From assembly GCA_973895155.1 (NCBI GenBank), contig OZ316897.1, positions 6,810,470-6,874,469 on the forward strand: DNA of 64,000 bases, written 5' to 3'. The translations under genes and the position numbers were made by a program. Positions within the stretch are counted from its first letter, which is position 1. Every line of letters begins with the position of its first letter. The notes beneath the pieces were generated by a model. The model searched no databases. It saw only the letters and a program-made list of their open reading frames with translations, and had not been told where the DNA came from. Positions 11,201 to 23,200 of this stretch are shown here, piece after piece. The DNA comes from Marsupella aquatica. Lineage: Eukaryota; Plantae; Marchantiophyta.

Positions 11201-12892
11201 TTCAGCAGACTCTGCATGCCTGGTTGCTGCATCGGCAAGTCTTCCTTCCTGGGCCTAAACACCTGCTCGATCGTAGGACTAGCAGGTGGTTGAGGCTTCT
11301 CAGCCAACGGCCTCGGCGTTGGAGCTTCCTCGGGTGTCCTTACCTGCAGGGGAAGTACCGGGGCAAAAGTCTGACCTCTGGCATACCGGCACAACAGCGG
11401 CATGTGATAGCCAAGCCGCGACACGCTCCCCATGCCGATTACCTGCTGCTCCTCCTTTAAGATCTTCTTCAATTGGTTGAGGAGGTACCCGTTGTAGTCC
11501 CGGCTTGGGTCTGGCCTTTCTGCCAGATAGACCTGTGCCTTGCCGATCTCTGCCCTCGGCAAGTTACAATGCATGGTCACCCGCAAGAAGTCAATCATCT
11601 CTCCTATGTGCGGGTTGGTGCAGGTGTTCCGGAAGAAGCCATTCTTCATTGATGGCCCGGGGAACGACCGGAACTCCTTGTCAGGCAAGGTCTTCCTGGT
11701 ATCAACTTTGGTCTTATTGCCTATCGGCAGGCCAAACACTTCGGCAATTACCTTGGGAGTAAGATAGAAATCCTTCCCATATATCCTCGTGCAATTGGTC
11801 TCGGGTTCCCATGACCCCATGAATTCTAATAGGTCTGACTCTGGTACCTCCCGCTTCAGCCATGGTAATCTTACAAAGGCCTCCAAGCCGGATCCGGCCA
11901 TGAAGCCTTGGTACTTCTTGGTCTGCATGGCCGTAAAGCATGCATCCTCCTCCCGTGCAAAATGTAGTTGCACCTCCACCGGTAGGGTTGCCGCCCAGCC
12001 CTTCCAGGTGTCATCCCTGGTTGGAATGGCCTTGATGGGATCGACCTCCTCCTCTTCGGCTTCTCCCTGCCTCCTGCTCTGCTGCTCGGCTGGCTTCTTT
12101 GGTGCCGCCGACCTCGTTCTTTTTGCCGGGGTGGCTTCATCGTTGACGGCTCCCTTCCTCTTCATCTCTGCTGCCGTGGAGGTTTCTCCTAGCACCGTTG
12201 CCTGGGTCCACCTTTCCGTGCTACCCTTTAATTCCCAGTGTATGTCATTGCAGTTCTTGATGGCCTCCCGGATGCCGACGACGCTGTCTTTGCAAAACAG
12301 AAGATCGTCGAGTTGATTGGAAGTAGGCGTCCACAGGAACTCGTCCTTGATGAGTTCGCCTCCTAAGAAAGCCGTCTTCTGCAGCTCCCACAATCGAGCG
12401 AGCTCCTGCCGTTCTCGAGCTGCCCTTTCTGACTCCTCGTCCTCGTAAGTCTTGATGTACTCAGTTGCCCGTTCGAACAGGCATCCCCAGAAATGTGCCG
12501 CTTGATTGACGTTGCTCATACCCTCCTTAGGTTGATCGTCGGTATCTACTCTCTCCCCGAGTGCTTGCCTAAGCAGCTGACAGTAGTTGGCCTCCCGTAG
12601 TCGTCTGCCTAGTTCGTGCTCGCAAATGAGCCACCATCTCCTGCAAGCGCTCCTTACCCCTCTCCTCTGCTAGTCCTTCTTCCCGTTGATCCTTCCTAGC
12701 CGCCGACGCTTAACGCGCCCTAACCCTAATCGGGTTTTCACCCTCAGCCTTACCTCCGGCCTCTGCCCGGGTTCCATGGTTGCCCCTAATTGTTTATATT
12801 TTCCTTGTTTTGTCACTATACTAAGGTGTTCCTAGGGTGCCTTCCTGCTTTACCCACTTAACCGGCCGAGTGATTCCTGTCTAGGCATCACA
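8221..12892 (-). mobile_element. Complete giant LTR, family A (4672 bp)
   Basis: Termini TGTGATGCCTAG...GCACCACA on the minus strand; nearly identical to 51265-55924. Confidence 0.95.
9142..12519 (-). CDS. LTR-encoded 1125-aa protein (plant-transposon accessory domain plus long coiled coil)
   Basis: Uninterrupted ORF lying wholly inside the LTR; homologous copies occur in every A and B LTR. Confidence 0.85.
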   Translation of the reverse strand: MSNVNQAAHFWGCLFERATEYIKTYEDEESERAARERQELARLWELQKTAFLGGELIKDEFLWTPTSNQLDDLLFCKDSVVGIREAIKNCNDIHWELKGSTERWTQATVLGETSTAAEMKRKGAVNDEATPAKRTRSAAPKKPAEQQSRRQGEAEEEEVDPIKAIPTRDDTWKGWAATLPVEVQLHFAREEDACFTAMQTKKYQGFMAGSGLEAFVRLPWLKREVPESDLLEFMGSWEPETNCTRIYGKDFYLTPKVIAEVFGLPIGNKTKVDTRKTLPDKEFRSFPGPSMKNGFFRNTCTNPHIGEMIDFLRVTMHCNLPRAEIGKAQVYLAERPDPSRDYNGYLLNQLKKILKEEQQVIGMGSVSRLGYHMPLLCRYARGQTFAPVLPLQVRTPEEAPTPRPLAEKPQPPASPTIEQVFRPRKEDLPMQQPGMQSLLKLLEKEKKSASATTTATATMQDTTTEVGLHRLTREKPFAGDKERIRPESKPGVRMYMGTSSSESEAELPEAPTEEEEREKPEIQEVEEAVEDCSHDNSGYGSDHHVPGVRTCGRFVPTLPRVVRGDPNQQSSPESPPPDVAPPSFDGIKQTVQEFQERIKQEEEAALAKEKDLPGGDWPEDIRRLAEKGSKPLATIEEIRRTAWEQRPRWAMPITSTYSTYAKNRAMEYGEMCGELALGIFGEELEVGPFFHREQLEKHQLEEAVALERSKKDEVIRRLRRMGAEIEDLRAAKKAQDELRIKRHELNIMQGQLDAAQADNQNIKDKLTQTQEELADTIKEREKWKQELKNTEEAHITANSRAMAETQRKEWALKGELEKIRGALEQKEVELGKSYQGIMALQQELASLTASFKADLREKDEMLEQTYAKMNQMESVIIAELDKELRATQEEKATLKKELEEAHREQEEAKNELEGARKDLDETQEELEEITRKMENLQRRADNQTERLKKQAAVFKCLAAAGPSPVGTNQLPGVVIAEGQAAPPAPVPEVSGKGKGPAAEPPTKKKRKPSGSRSNTTSQAVVIKEVDPAPTPDRVTAKDPTTLGEGEAEAVGVAEAEAVGMAEAEAVGVAEAEAVGVVEAEAEGGPSQADGELTRSRAGNLSVGGPTAVAEEEVLGASIEDPPPVS

Positions 12893-14560
12893 TGCTGCAT
12901 CGGCAAGTCTTCCTTCCTGGGCCTAAACACCTGCTCGATCGTAGGACTAACAGGTGGTTGAGGCTTCTCAGCCAACGGCCTCGGCGTTGGAGCTTCCTCG
13001 GGTGTCCTTACCTGCAGGGGAAGTACCGGGGCAAAAGTCTGACCTCTGGCATACCGGCACAACAGCGGCATGTGATAGCCAAGCCGCGACACGCTCCCCA
13101 TGCCGATTACCTGCTGCTCCTCCTTTAAGATCTTCTTCAATTGGTTGAGGAGGTACCCGTTGTAGTCCCGGCTTGGGTCTGGCCTTTCTGCCAGATAGAC
13201 CTGTGCCTTGCCAATCTCTGCCCTCGGCAAGTTACAATGCATGGTCACCCGCAAGAAGTCGATCATCTCTCCTATGTGCGGGTTGGTGCAGGTGTTCCGG
13301 AAGAAGCCATTCTTCGTTGATGGCCTGGGGAACGACCGGAACTCCTTGTCAGGCAAGGTCTTCCTGGTATCAACTTTGGTCTTATTGCCTATCGGCAGGC
13401 CAAACACTTCGGCAATTACCTTGGGAGTAAGATAGAAATCCTTCCCATATATCCTCGTGCAATTGGTCTCGGGTTCCCATGACCCCATGAATTCTAATAG
13501 GTCTGACTCCGGTACCTCCAGCTTCAGCCATGGTAATCTTACAAAGGCCTCCAAGCCGGATCCGGCCATGAAGCCTTGGTACTTCTTGGTCTGCATGGCC
13601 GTAAAGCATGCATCCTCCTCCCGTGCAAAATGTAGTTGCACCTCCACCGGTAGGGTTGCCGCCCAGCCCTTCCAGGTGTCATCCCTGGTTGGAATGGCCT
13701 TGATGGGATCGACCTCCTCCTCTTCGGCTTCTCCCTGCCTCCTGCTCTGCTGCTCGGCTGGCTTCTTTGGTGCCGCCGACCTCGTTCTTTTTGCCGGGGT
13801 GGCTTCATCGTTGACGGCTCCCTTCCTCTTCATCTCTGCTGCCGTGGAGGTTTCTCCTAGCACCGTTGCCTGGGTCCACCTTTCCGTGCTACCCTTTAAT
13901 TCCCAGTGTATGTCGTTGCAGTTCTTGATGGCCTCTCGGATGCCGACGACGCTGTCTTTGCAAAACAGAAGATCGTCGAGTTGATTGGAAGTAGGCGTCC
14001 ACAGGAACTCGTCCTTGATGAGTTCGCCTCCTAAGAAAGCCGTCTTCTGCAGCTCCCACAATCGAGCGAGCTCCTGCCGTTCTCGAGCTGCCCTTTCTGA
14101 CTCCTCGTCCTCGTAAGTCTTGATGTACTCAGTTGCCCGTTCGAACAGGCATCCCCAGAAATATGCCGCTTGATTGACGTTGCTCATACCCTCCTTAGGT
14201 CGATCGTCGGTATCTACTCTCTCCCCGAGTGCTTGCCTAAGCAGCTGACAGTAGTTGGCCTCCCGTAGTCATCTGCCTAGTTCGTGCTCGCAAATGAGCC
14301 ACCATCTCCTGCAAGCGCTCCTTACCCCTCTCCTCTGCCGGTCCTTCTTCCCGTTGATCCTTCCTAGCCGCCGACGCTTAACGCGCCCTAACCCTAATCG
14401 GGTTTTCACCCTTAGCCTTACCTCTGGCCTCGGCCCGGGTTCCATGGTTGCCCCTAATTGTTTATATTTTCCTTGTTTTGTCACTATACTAAGGTGTTCC
14501 TAGGGTGCCTTCCTGCTTTACCCACTTAACCGGCCGAGTGATTCCTGTCTAGGCATCACA
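12893..14560 (-). mobile_element. Partial family-A LTR (5' 1668 bp) in tandem with the complete LTR; contains truncated ORF 12850..14187
   Basis: Duplicates 11225-12892 with scattered SNPs and ends at the LTR terminus (AGGCATCACA at 14551-14560). ATGCA follows it and matches 8213-8217. Confidence 0.92.
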
Positions 14561-14983
14561 ATGCATTTGCTGAAGGAGGCAAATTCATAGATGCAAATGC
14601 CAACACTGTGCTTGTGCCATGAGTAATGTGAATTGTTTGCATGGACATTAGTGAGGGGAAGGATGTGTAATAAAGTAATTCTGAAGCAACACAGATGTAT
14701 GGATGGATGCCTGGTGATTGTAGTTGCATTGTGTTATACGGGGTGACCATAGATGACATGTTTTTGTGGTCCAGTAGGATGGAATAGAGTGACACAGAGA
14801 TGTGTGAGTATGAAAGGAAAGCTATGGAACAACGAGCATACGTGAAAGCCAAAATTGCAGAACTGGATCTGGAAAAGGATGTGGCTGAATTGTAAGGGAA
14901 TGATTCTCAACTACACCCCTCCGCTGAGTTTGTGTGACATGAATAGTTCAATGTGGCACTGAAATTGTGACTGTATTCTCATA

Positions 14984-16813
14984 TTGGAATGTTGCAGAGC
15001 CACAGCATTTTCAAAGAAACAAAAGGAGTACGCAAGAAGGGTGACCAACACTATCTCTGGGCCTGTGCATTGGAGTGACAGGTTGAGCAAGAAGGTCGTA
15101 CCTACAATGGCAAAATGTGGAGATGACATGGATGTTGCACAGGTGGGTGCAGACACTAGACAAGAAGATGCAGATGATGAGTATTTTCCAGAGGAAATGG
15201 ATGAGGATGGGGGTTATGAAGATGAATACATTGCAGAGCAGCCCCAAAAGAAATAGATAAGTAGTTTTCCCAACAAGGTTTTGAGTTAAAAACTCTTGTT
15301 TAGAGGTTTCATATGTTCAGTACTACACATATGTACCTTGCTTAGTTCCTGACATTGTAGTTGGTGATGTGATGCAGCGTCTTGCTAGTTCTGTTTTGCC
15401 TTCAAAGCCTGTGCATGCACCATACCAACAGGGGGGGCTGACCTCTGATCAAGGTTGGCGAGGTGGTAGTAGTGGTAGATCCCAGGCTGGTGCCCAATAC
15501 TATGGCAGGGGGCAAGCTCTAGGTTATGCCCGTGGTAGAGGCAGAGCAGGTCCAAACCAACAGTCTCGTGGGTATGGACGTCCACCTCAACCATGGGGAT
15601 GTGAGTATATATCTATATGCCAGTTCTTTGTGAAGGCATGGCACTCCTGAATTTCAGATCGCATATCAATTTTTGACATTGTTTGGGATGTATTGGATTC
15701 AGACAACATGAAATTTTATCCACCTGCCATTAATGCATGCAGATTTTGCCCAACCTGATTGGGCAAATGCTGGTAATGATCAGTTCCAATGTCCACAAGG
15801 ACAGACATGGGTTGAACCAGGTTGGGAGGATGGTGGTGGGTCGTGGAATGAACAAGGTTGGGAAGGTGGTGAAGGTAATTGGCAGGGATATCAAATACAG
15901 TACCTACAAACGCTGGAAGAGGGGCAGGTAATGTTTGATCTTGTCAGCAATGGAAGAACTCATTATATTTGGAGTCCATTCACGTGGGGGGGATGCTGCA
16001 CATGTATAATGATAGAAAATGTATGTGTGCAGGTTGGACAGTCAAACCATCAACTCAAGTATTCACTAATGCCCCTATGCAGATGCAGCACGGAAGGGGG
16101 CCAGGTATGTCGGTGAATGTTCAGTTGTTTTCCTACAGTTTGTACTTAGTTTTCAGTACATATGTTTGCACACACATACCTAGAAAGTGACATCATCTGG
16201 CCCCTGTACTAGGCTGGACAGGTGGTCCAAGGTCGCAACAATTCCACAGTGCTGTCCCTGCACAGGCATCTATAGGCAGAGCTACAGGTATGTATGTTTG
16301 AAATTTTTTTCTTTAATTGAAGCATTGAATGTTGCCGTCATCCATTCTGCTGTATGTAGTTCTCAAGCATGAATGGCATTGTATTTTCCCAGGTGGCTTT
16401 AGAACCCCAGGTAGGGTGAACCAAGGGGTGGCCAATACAACGCCCAGTACTACCGAGAGCAGTGCACGAGGGGAGGTGACAAAGAAAGGGAACGTAAAGT
16501 TGAATGAGAGACAATGGGTGGATGCTGAGTGTCCTCGCAAGAACCGATGGCATGCTGATTTGAAAGCTGAAGTATTGCGTTGGTTAGATGTGAGTGTTAT
16601 TAATTTTAAAAAACAGCATCCAAAAGATTGGAAGACTGTATGTGAAAATGTTGCTGCCAAATGGAATTATGTGGGCAGTGATGATGGCGTGGATATAGGT
16701 TGCCTAGAGAGTACAGCAGGTAAAATCATCAAGCAAGAGAGGTGGAGAATGCATAAGGCTTGGAAGGAAGGTGGGGAGAAGCCAGATATGCCTCCACCAG
16801 CCAGTTGTGATGG
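14984..16813 (+). pseudogene. CACTA accessory (TnpA/Ptta-like) gene exons of CACTA-1
   Basis: KNRWHADLKAEVLRWLDVSVINF...W..V.ENVAAKWNY...IIKQERWRMHKAW; near-identical inverted copy at ~43260-43998. Confidence 0.65.
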
Positions 16814-17676
16814 CACTAGTAGAAACCGGGGGGTATTTAGACCCCATTAAATGACTATTCAGTACCGTATAGGACTTGGAAATGACTGGGAAGGACTCCA
16901 GTCCTTTATAGGACTGCAAGTCGTATGTTTTGTTACTATAATCAAGTGAGTCCTTTATAGAATTGGTTTATAAGTCGTTTAATAGACTGGATTTTCAGTC
17001 TATTGTAGTCTTTGTGTGGGTAGCTTTGGTGAGTCGTTTTCAGTCTTTTATGGGCTGCGATGGTGAGTCGTTGGAAACGACTAAAAAGGTTATGGAGGGT
17101 AGTCTTTAAATATACTCTGTGGGTTTATAAAAAGACTAAAGTAAACACTTTGTGAGGTATGTATAAGTCTTTCATGTCAACTGGATATGAGTGATGAAGA
17201 CCTCACTATACTACTTGGAATGAACTCACTCTTGTGCATAAATAACACATTCCATTCATGTTTTATTGTGTACTTGGAATGAACTCACTCTATAAGCTCA
17301 CCATTCATCATGTTAACATTAGAACACATAGAGTTTCAGAAAGCCATCTTCTCTACCATGTACACTAATATGAATTCACAGATTCAAACATCATAGACTA
17401 CAAAGAAGGTCACAAAGTATTCCTCTATACCATACACACTAATACTGAAATGATACAGAACACATTCAAGTATCATAGACAATCACCATAGAGCCATAGT
17501 TTGACATCAATCACTTGTTTCATACATACAAAATTCAGAAATATCAATGTCACACACAACGGCTCCTTCATCCTCTTTACCAAATGGAAAAATTGGTATA
17601 GATATTTCTTGGATCTTTCCAAGGCAATGTCAAAATGTGACACAATTCACATGATTCTATCTACACTTGCATTCAG

Positions 17677-17903
17677 TCACTGCAGACTAACACACTCTGA
17701 TGGCCAGAGCACAAGAGATCCTACTGCATCTGCAATTATTTCCTGAGGTGGATCATTGTCTCTATTTGGAAATGGCAAATTACAATCAGATACAATCACT
17801 GTAGTCAACAACACTACTACATGGTCATCCGGGACCACTTTGCCATGGAATTTAGCATGGTCCGGTCGCAAAATGCCTGTACCCACACATACCTGCGTGT
17901 CAT
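17677..17903 (-). pseudogene. Last exon of the CACTA-2 accessory gene (Tnp1-like C-terminal domain); upstream part at 29372-29690
   Basis: Removing the MULE and one TSD gives in-frame EDDT|QVCVGTGILRP...FHGK...NDPPQ...DAVGSLVLWPS, homologous to the C-terminus of 41603..42451. Confidence 0.75.
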
Positions 17904-18609
17904 GGGGAATTTACAAACGACAGCAAACAGATAACAGTAACAGGAAACAGATTCTGGTACCAGTTAAAAGGAGCTGTTACTAGTGAACAGTGTTTGGATG
18001 GTCGTGAACAGTGATCTTAAAAAAAGGTCTCAAAATCTCCATTTGAAAGTACAAGAATAGAAAACAAAACCACCAAACCCTCGTGATAAATAAAAGAACA
18101 ACACGGAATTTATTTTTTTAAACATAAAAGACGGCTGCCAATTGAGATACACAAAATCCAAGACAAATACAAGTAGAAAAGAAAGGTCGGAAAAAACATT
18201 CGCATATATTATCGCAAAATAGAAAATGCGCTCAGCTTAAGTGATACAAAATGCAGTTATCAACATCAACAATTTGGCCTAAAAATCCCATCCATGAAGT
18301 CACGGTCGACACCATCGGAGGTTTTCGACTAATACATGAACAGCGCTCGGCGCTAGCCAAAAACTAACTAGAAAACTAGTCGTTTCTTGGAGACAAGATG
18401 CGTCCAAACCCAGACAACATAGTCAAGATCCATTCCCTCCCACAAAATCCGTTGTCGTTTCAATAGCGCCCGGCGCTAGCCAAAACCTAAATAGTAGACA
18501 ACCGGGAAAACCCTAACGCCAGAGCTGAGGTCGACTTCAATGCCACAAAATCCGGAAAACTTTAGCAGTGCCCGGCGCTAGCTTAAAGCGATCAGCAAAA
18601 CGAAATTTC

Positions 18610-19074
18610 CATCTAGCTTTCCGAGTTGCAATCATCATCCACTCCTGTTGCTTCTCTCCGCCGATCTTTCTTGAAGCCGAGACCACGCAAATGAACGTAT
18701 CCCTTTGAAGGTCCTCGACGAACAGCCCTCGTAAAATGTTCATTAGGAATATTACTGTCCTTAAAATCAACTCACCCAAACATTTCTTGTCCTCTTTGAT
18801 CGATTGGGAGTACCCCATCAACAAGAACTCCCGGGTGAGACGAAAACCGACTAGAGAACGGAGGCCCAGGGGAATCGACAATCCAAGGGATGTTCTTCTC
18901 TCCAGGACTAATAGCCTCATCATACGGGAGAGCATGACGGTTCCGAAAAGTGGAAGTTTCAGTTTCTTCAGTCTCCATCCGCGATTCAAAAGAGTTGAAA
19001 TGGCTCTCTTCCGGACGCACACGAGAAGGATGAAAAGCTGCCTCCCAATCCATTGGCTCATACTGACTCGCCAT
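18610..19074 (-). pseudogene. Small unknown cargo ORF of the MULE (MASQYEPMDW...), with an internal stop
   Basis: ORF 18772..19074; the same frame appears to continue past the TGA to about 18612. No recognisable domain. Confidence 0.35.
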
Positions 19075-19224
19075 GTTTCAAAGATCCCGATCTAATATGT
19101 AACCTCTCCTCCCGTAAGAACGTCATCCGCGAGTGCTATAGCCAACAAAACTCAAAGAAAGGTCCGCGAAGACTAAGACGCCAGATAAAGGTCCGCGTAC
19201 ACTACCGTTCCGAAATGACCATCA

Positions 19225-19525
19225 AACTATCATCGTCCCGTTCTATTGCCTCCCGAAACTATCTTCGCCTTGGTAACAGGTATCATCCCATTCTATCGCC
19301 CTGCTCTAACGTCCCGTTCTATTGTCTTCCCGAAACAAAGTCTTCCCAAACGAACTATCGTCCCGTTCTATCGTCACGTTCTATCGTCCTCCCGAAACAA
19401 AGTCTCCCCTCCTGTTCTATTGTCCCGTTCTATCGTCCTCCCGAAACTATCGTCGTCCTCAACTATCGACGTCCCCAACTCTCGTCGTCCCGAACAAACC
19501 TAAACTGAAACTATAGTCGTCCCTT
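19225..19525 (+). repeat. Degenerate tandem array of CTATCGTCCCGTT / CCTCCCGAAAC units
   Basis: Read directly; lies upstream of the small minus-strand ORF. Confidence 0.75.
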
Positions 19526-20262
19526 CCACCCGGTCCCTAAACTATGGAATCATTGTCCCAAAACTATGGTCCCCAATGGCTTTCCGGCGACTGACTAAAG
19601 AACACAATCCAAATGGCAGTTGGTATCCAATGACGATGACCGTTGACAGGAAACGACAAAGACTAAACGGCCATTTAGAGATTCCATTTGGCGAGCGCCA
19701 GGAGCTTGTAAAGAACAGAAGTCAAAAGTAATCAACAAGTAGAGAGAAATCAACAATTTAAAAGGACCCTCAGCAGAGGGAAATAATACAGATGTTACAA
19801 GCGCCGGGCGCTGCTAAAAGATTTAGCCTCAAACTACCCACTACTTCTCACGGTTCCGAAGATTCTGAGTCGGAACCAAAATCTGTACTCTGGGATCTGT
19901 CCGTGGACACAGCCTCATCATCTACGTACTGGCTGCGGGAGAAGTCATCAACATAAGGATGTTTAATGAACTTTCGGTCAACACCCCTTCGTAACCGAAG
20001 ACCTTTGTTTTCCCAGCAAAGTGTCCTTGCACTTTCTGCTTTCCTTGCGGCTTTCTCTGCATAGGAGGGAAGAACAAACTGTTTTTTCCGGTGTTTCTAA
20101 GTTGTGTCTCGCGATCTTCCTCCGCAGTTTGAATCGTCTCCTTGCATTCCACTCTGACCTGATATAACAAAGTCCATTTTGTAAGGCGCCTTTCCCCAAA
20201 ACAACAAAAGAAATGTTATGAATTGACGGGAATGGAGAAAGAAGCTTACGAGTTTATGAACA

Positions 20263-23200
20263 TTACTCGGAAGAGTCATCACTATCGGTTTCATCTGCAG
20301 CTACACGACGCTCTCCCTTTTCCTCCTCGGAGTTTCTTGTACCTTGTTCCTCTCCACCTTCACTCGATTCATCATCAGAAGCAAAATTGAGAACCGACCG
20401 AAGCTTATCTCTCTTTTTTCTGTCGGCAGTAGGAACAGGTGGAGGTAACACTGCAATCTCTTTGGGAGACAACAAATCCATGAAAACCTTTGAAGCGGTT
20501 TCAATAAATTCTTTCCGGTGTTCTATCCCGAGTACAAATCATCCAGAGAAGTCGCCAGCAATGTAAGAGCTTCCAGCCCCAGCAGTCCAATCCATAAAAA
20601 TATCACGAGGCCGTGTGACAAGCTCTATAATAGATTGCATAAAACCCACAGACAGACGAGCATTTCCAGCAAACTTCATTTGCGGGAATGGATCTGATTT
20701 GAGAGAAGAGAGTCCGATCAAATTGGTAACCGAAGGGTCCTCACTGATGGACAACGGCCAAAATTTGGGGTCTTTGGGAATTTTACATTTCCCATTAATT
20801 CGGCCAAATATGTCGAGCCTGAGGGTAAACATCTCTCGGTCTGTCTTTGCCACATACATCGGGTCAGACATCACAACATTATGCGAGCATATACACTGAA
20901 ATTTCCTTGACTCCTGACAGGCAGCAATGACTTGCGACATGGGATCGTACTCCCCATTGTGTAGAATTACAAGGAACCCATCATCTGATAAAAATGGATC
21001 CATGGATTTGAAAAAAGATCTAGCCATTGAGTGATCTGGAATGTTCCATTTAGGAACCTTCTTATCAATGATAGATGGTTTGAACCCGGTCGGTAGGTAA
21101 ATGAAGCCGGCATCCACTCCAAACGATCTTACTTTCCCCCCCGGAACAACTCCCTTATCTTTAAATCCCAACTTAACGAGGTCTTTTCCCCATTTCTCCA
21201 CATCACTAACCCACTCGGGCTTCTTCTCCTTGTTGAACGTCGAGTCAAAAAATTCAGAAAGGCTTGTCTCAACCATGCAATGGCGAGACACAGTTGTTTT
21301 GAAGTTTCCAACTTCACGTTGGAAACCAGAAGCTATAACACTCTCCCTTAAAGATTGTCCACCTTCGATAGCTCTCTTTCGTTTCTTCCTGGTACTCGTG
21401 GCGTCGATAGGAACTATAACCTTCCCTTTGTCGACTAGAGTAATGGGGTCCGATCGAGCTCCCGTGTTTGCCTTGGAAACTTCAGGTGTAGCATCCTTTT
21501 TCGTATCTCCCATTCCCACCGTATTAGACTTCCTCCCTCCTAAAATATAACCAGGTCGTAGTTAGAATAAGTACTTTTAAAGTATTGAAAGAAGCTAGCG
21601 CCTGGCGCTAACCAAATGCAATTCACTTAAGTCGCAACCGAAGCCTAATAACCAAGAAAGAGAATACCCTCAACAGAATATTTTTTGCCAGCGCCTGGCG
21701 CTGGCAAAATCATGGATAGCAATACTTACTCTTCTTTCCAGATTTAGTAGACTCGCTCGGTGCTGCTAGCTCCGCTTTGGCTTTCGCGCGAGGTTTGCGA
21801 CTCCGGTCCACATGCACAACAGTTGTTTCACAGATAGTTTGTAAGTTTGTGGCAGACTTGTCTACATCGTCAAGTAGACCCTGCTTCATGTCGGACACAA
21901 GTTTTGCTGGCATCTGAGACTTTGAAAGCTTATGGAAGGCATCTTTTTCCCTTTGATCAAAAGGAGAATCCCATCTATCTGTATCTAGATACCAGGGGCA
22001 GTGAGTTCTCTCCCATTCTGTCATTGGTCTCGGAGGAAATATGCCCTCCGTGGGGTACATAGAGTACAAATCAGCCAAGGCATCATCTTCACTTATTGAA
22101 ATCCACTTCATAAAAGCTGCAGGATATGCCCAGAAGTAATCAGGTTTGGTTACCTCCATGTGCATGTAGAACCTATACACAAACCTCTTCGCTCGCTTCT
22201 GGTTTCTCTGGGTGTAATCTTCTTTGTCAGGGTACTTTGAAGGCCACATAGTGTGAAAGAACTTATTCTTCACGGAATCACCAAATCTCTTGAATTCATT
22301 TGTAACAAATTGAACTAGATCATCAAACAAACTACAATTCCACTCTTCCAATCTATTCGCGGGCATGGTTTGCTCAACTTCACGTAGACATGAATGTAAC
22401 ATGCCAGCAGCAATTCCCTCCACACTATTCCAAGTGATCCAAGTGTGGCACCACTGTTTGACTGGATCATCGTGAACACTTGCTGGGTGAAAAAACTGTC
22501 TCCGCAGCTCAGGATTGCAATGTGCCACAAGTAAAGTGCTTCGTAACTTTGGGTCTAGAGCAGAAACAGCGGTGAACAATCGTGCGCGGTCCATCGTACA
22601 TACAACGGTGTCAGGCTTGTTCTCTCTCTTGTTTCTCTCTGTGACAGCATACATTTTTGCACATGTACTGAGGAAATCTTCAAATTCAGGACTTAATAAG
22701 GGCGTAATTTTTGAAGACTTCACTGCCCAATCTTTGGTTGCGTCTTTCATCATGGCCGCATGCTATTTTGAAATCTCGTCCGCCGACCATGGACTCCCTT
22801 GAGCCTCCGCTGCCTCCATGTCGAGTTTGAATTGATGCGAGTACGACTTTATCTTATTCTCACAAAGAATGTAAACAAGTGCTTCTTGTGGCATCTTCTT
22901 CGTATACCATGACCCCTTCCGAGTTTTCAGCCGAATGCTTTCAAACTTCTTGAAATTACCCGGGTCAATCAATTTACTGTAATACTCAAGGTCATGCGCC
23001 AGAATTTGTTTGATTCTGTCCGCATCCAGGATCCAGGAAGGCTCTACAACTGCTTGGCCAAGCCTACACGAACAAACGTTGAGAGTAAGAGTCAATGAAA
23101 AACAATTCATGTATAAGCAGCGCCGAGCGCTAGTAAATACAGCACTCGCAAGATTTAAGGAAAGAACTGGAAATCATGAGAACTTACTGATTCACGGTGT

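Larger units (their letters stand above)
6023..16813 (+). mobile_element. CACTA (En/Spm) element 1, non-autonomous; interrupted at 8218-14565 and truncated in view by CACTA-2 at 16814
   Basis: Terminus CACTAGAAGAAACCGG at 6023, GTGACTC subterminal repeats, a Tnp2 C-terminal exon and accessory exons. The right end was not found in the window. Confidence 0.75.

Noticed and set aside
9416-13984. Recurrent antisense ORFs (175, 169, 88 aa and others) in each LTR copy
   Set aside because: They are shadows of the GC-rich sense ORF. They recur only because the DNA is repeated and they have no motifs.
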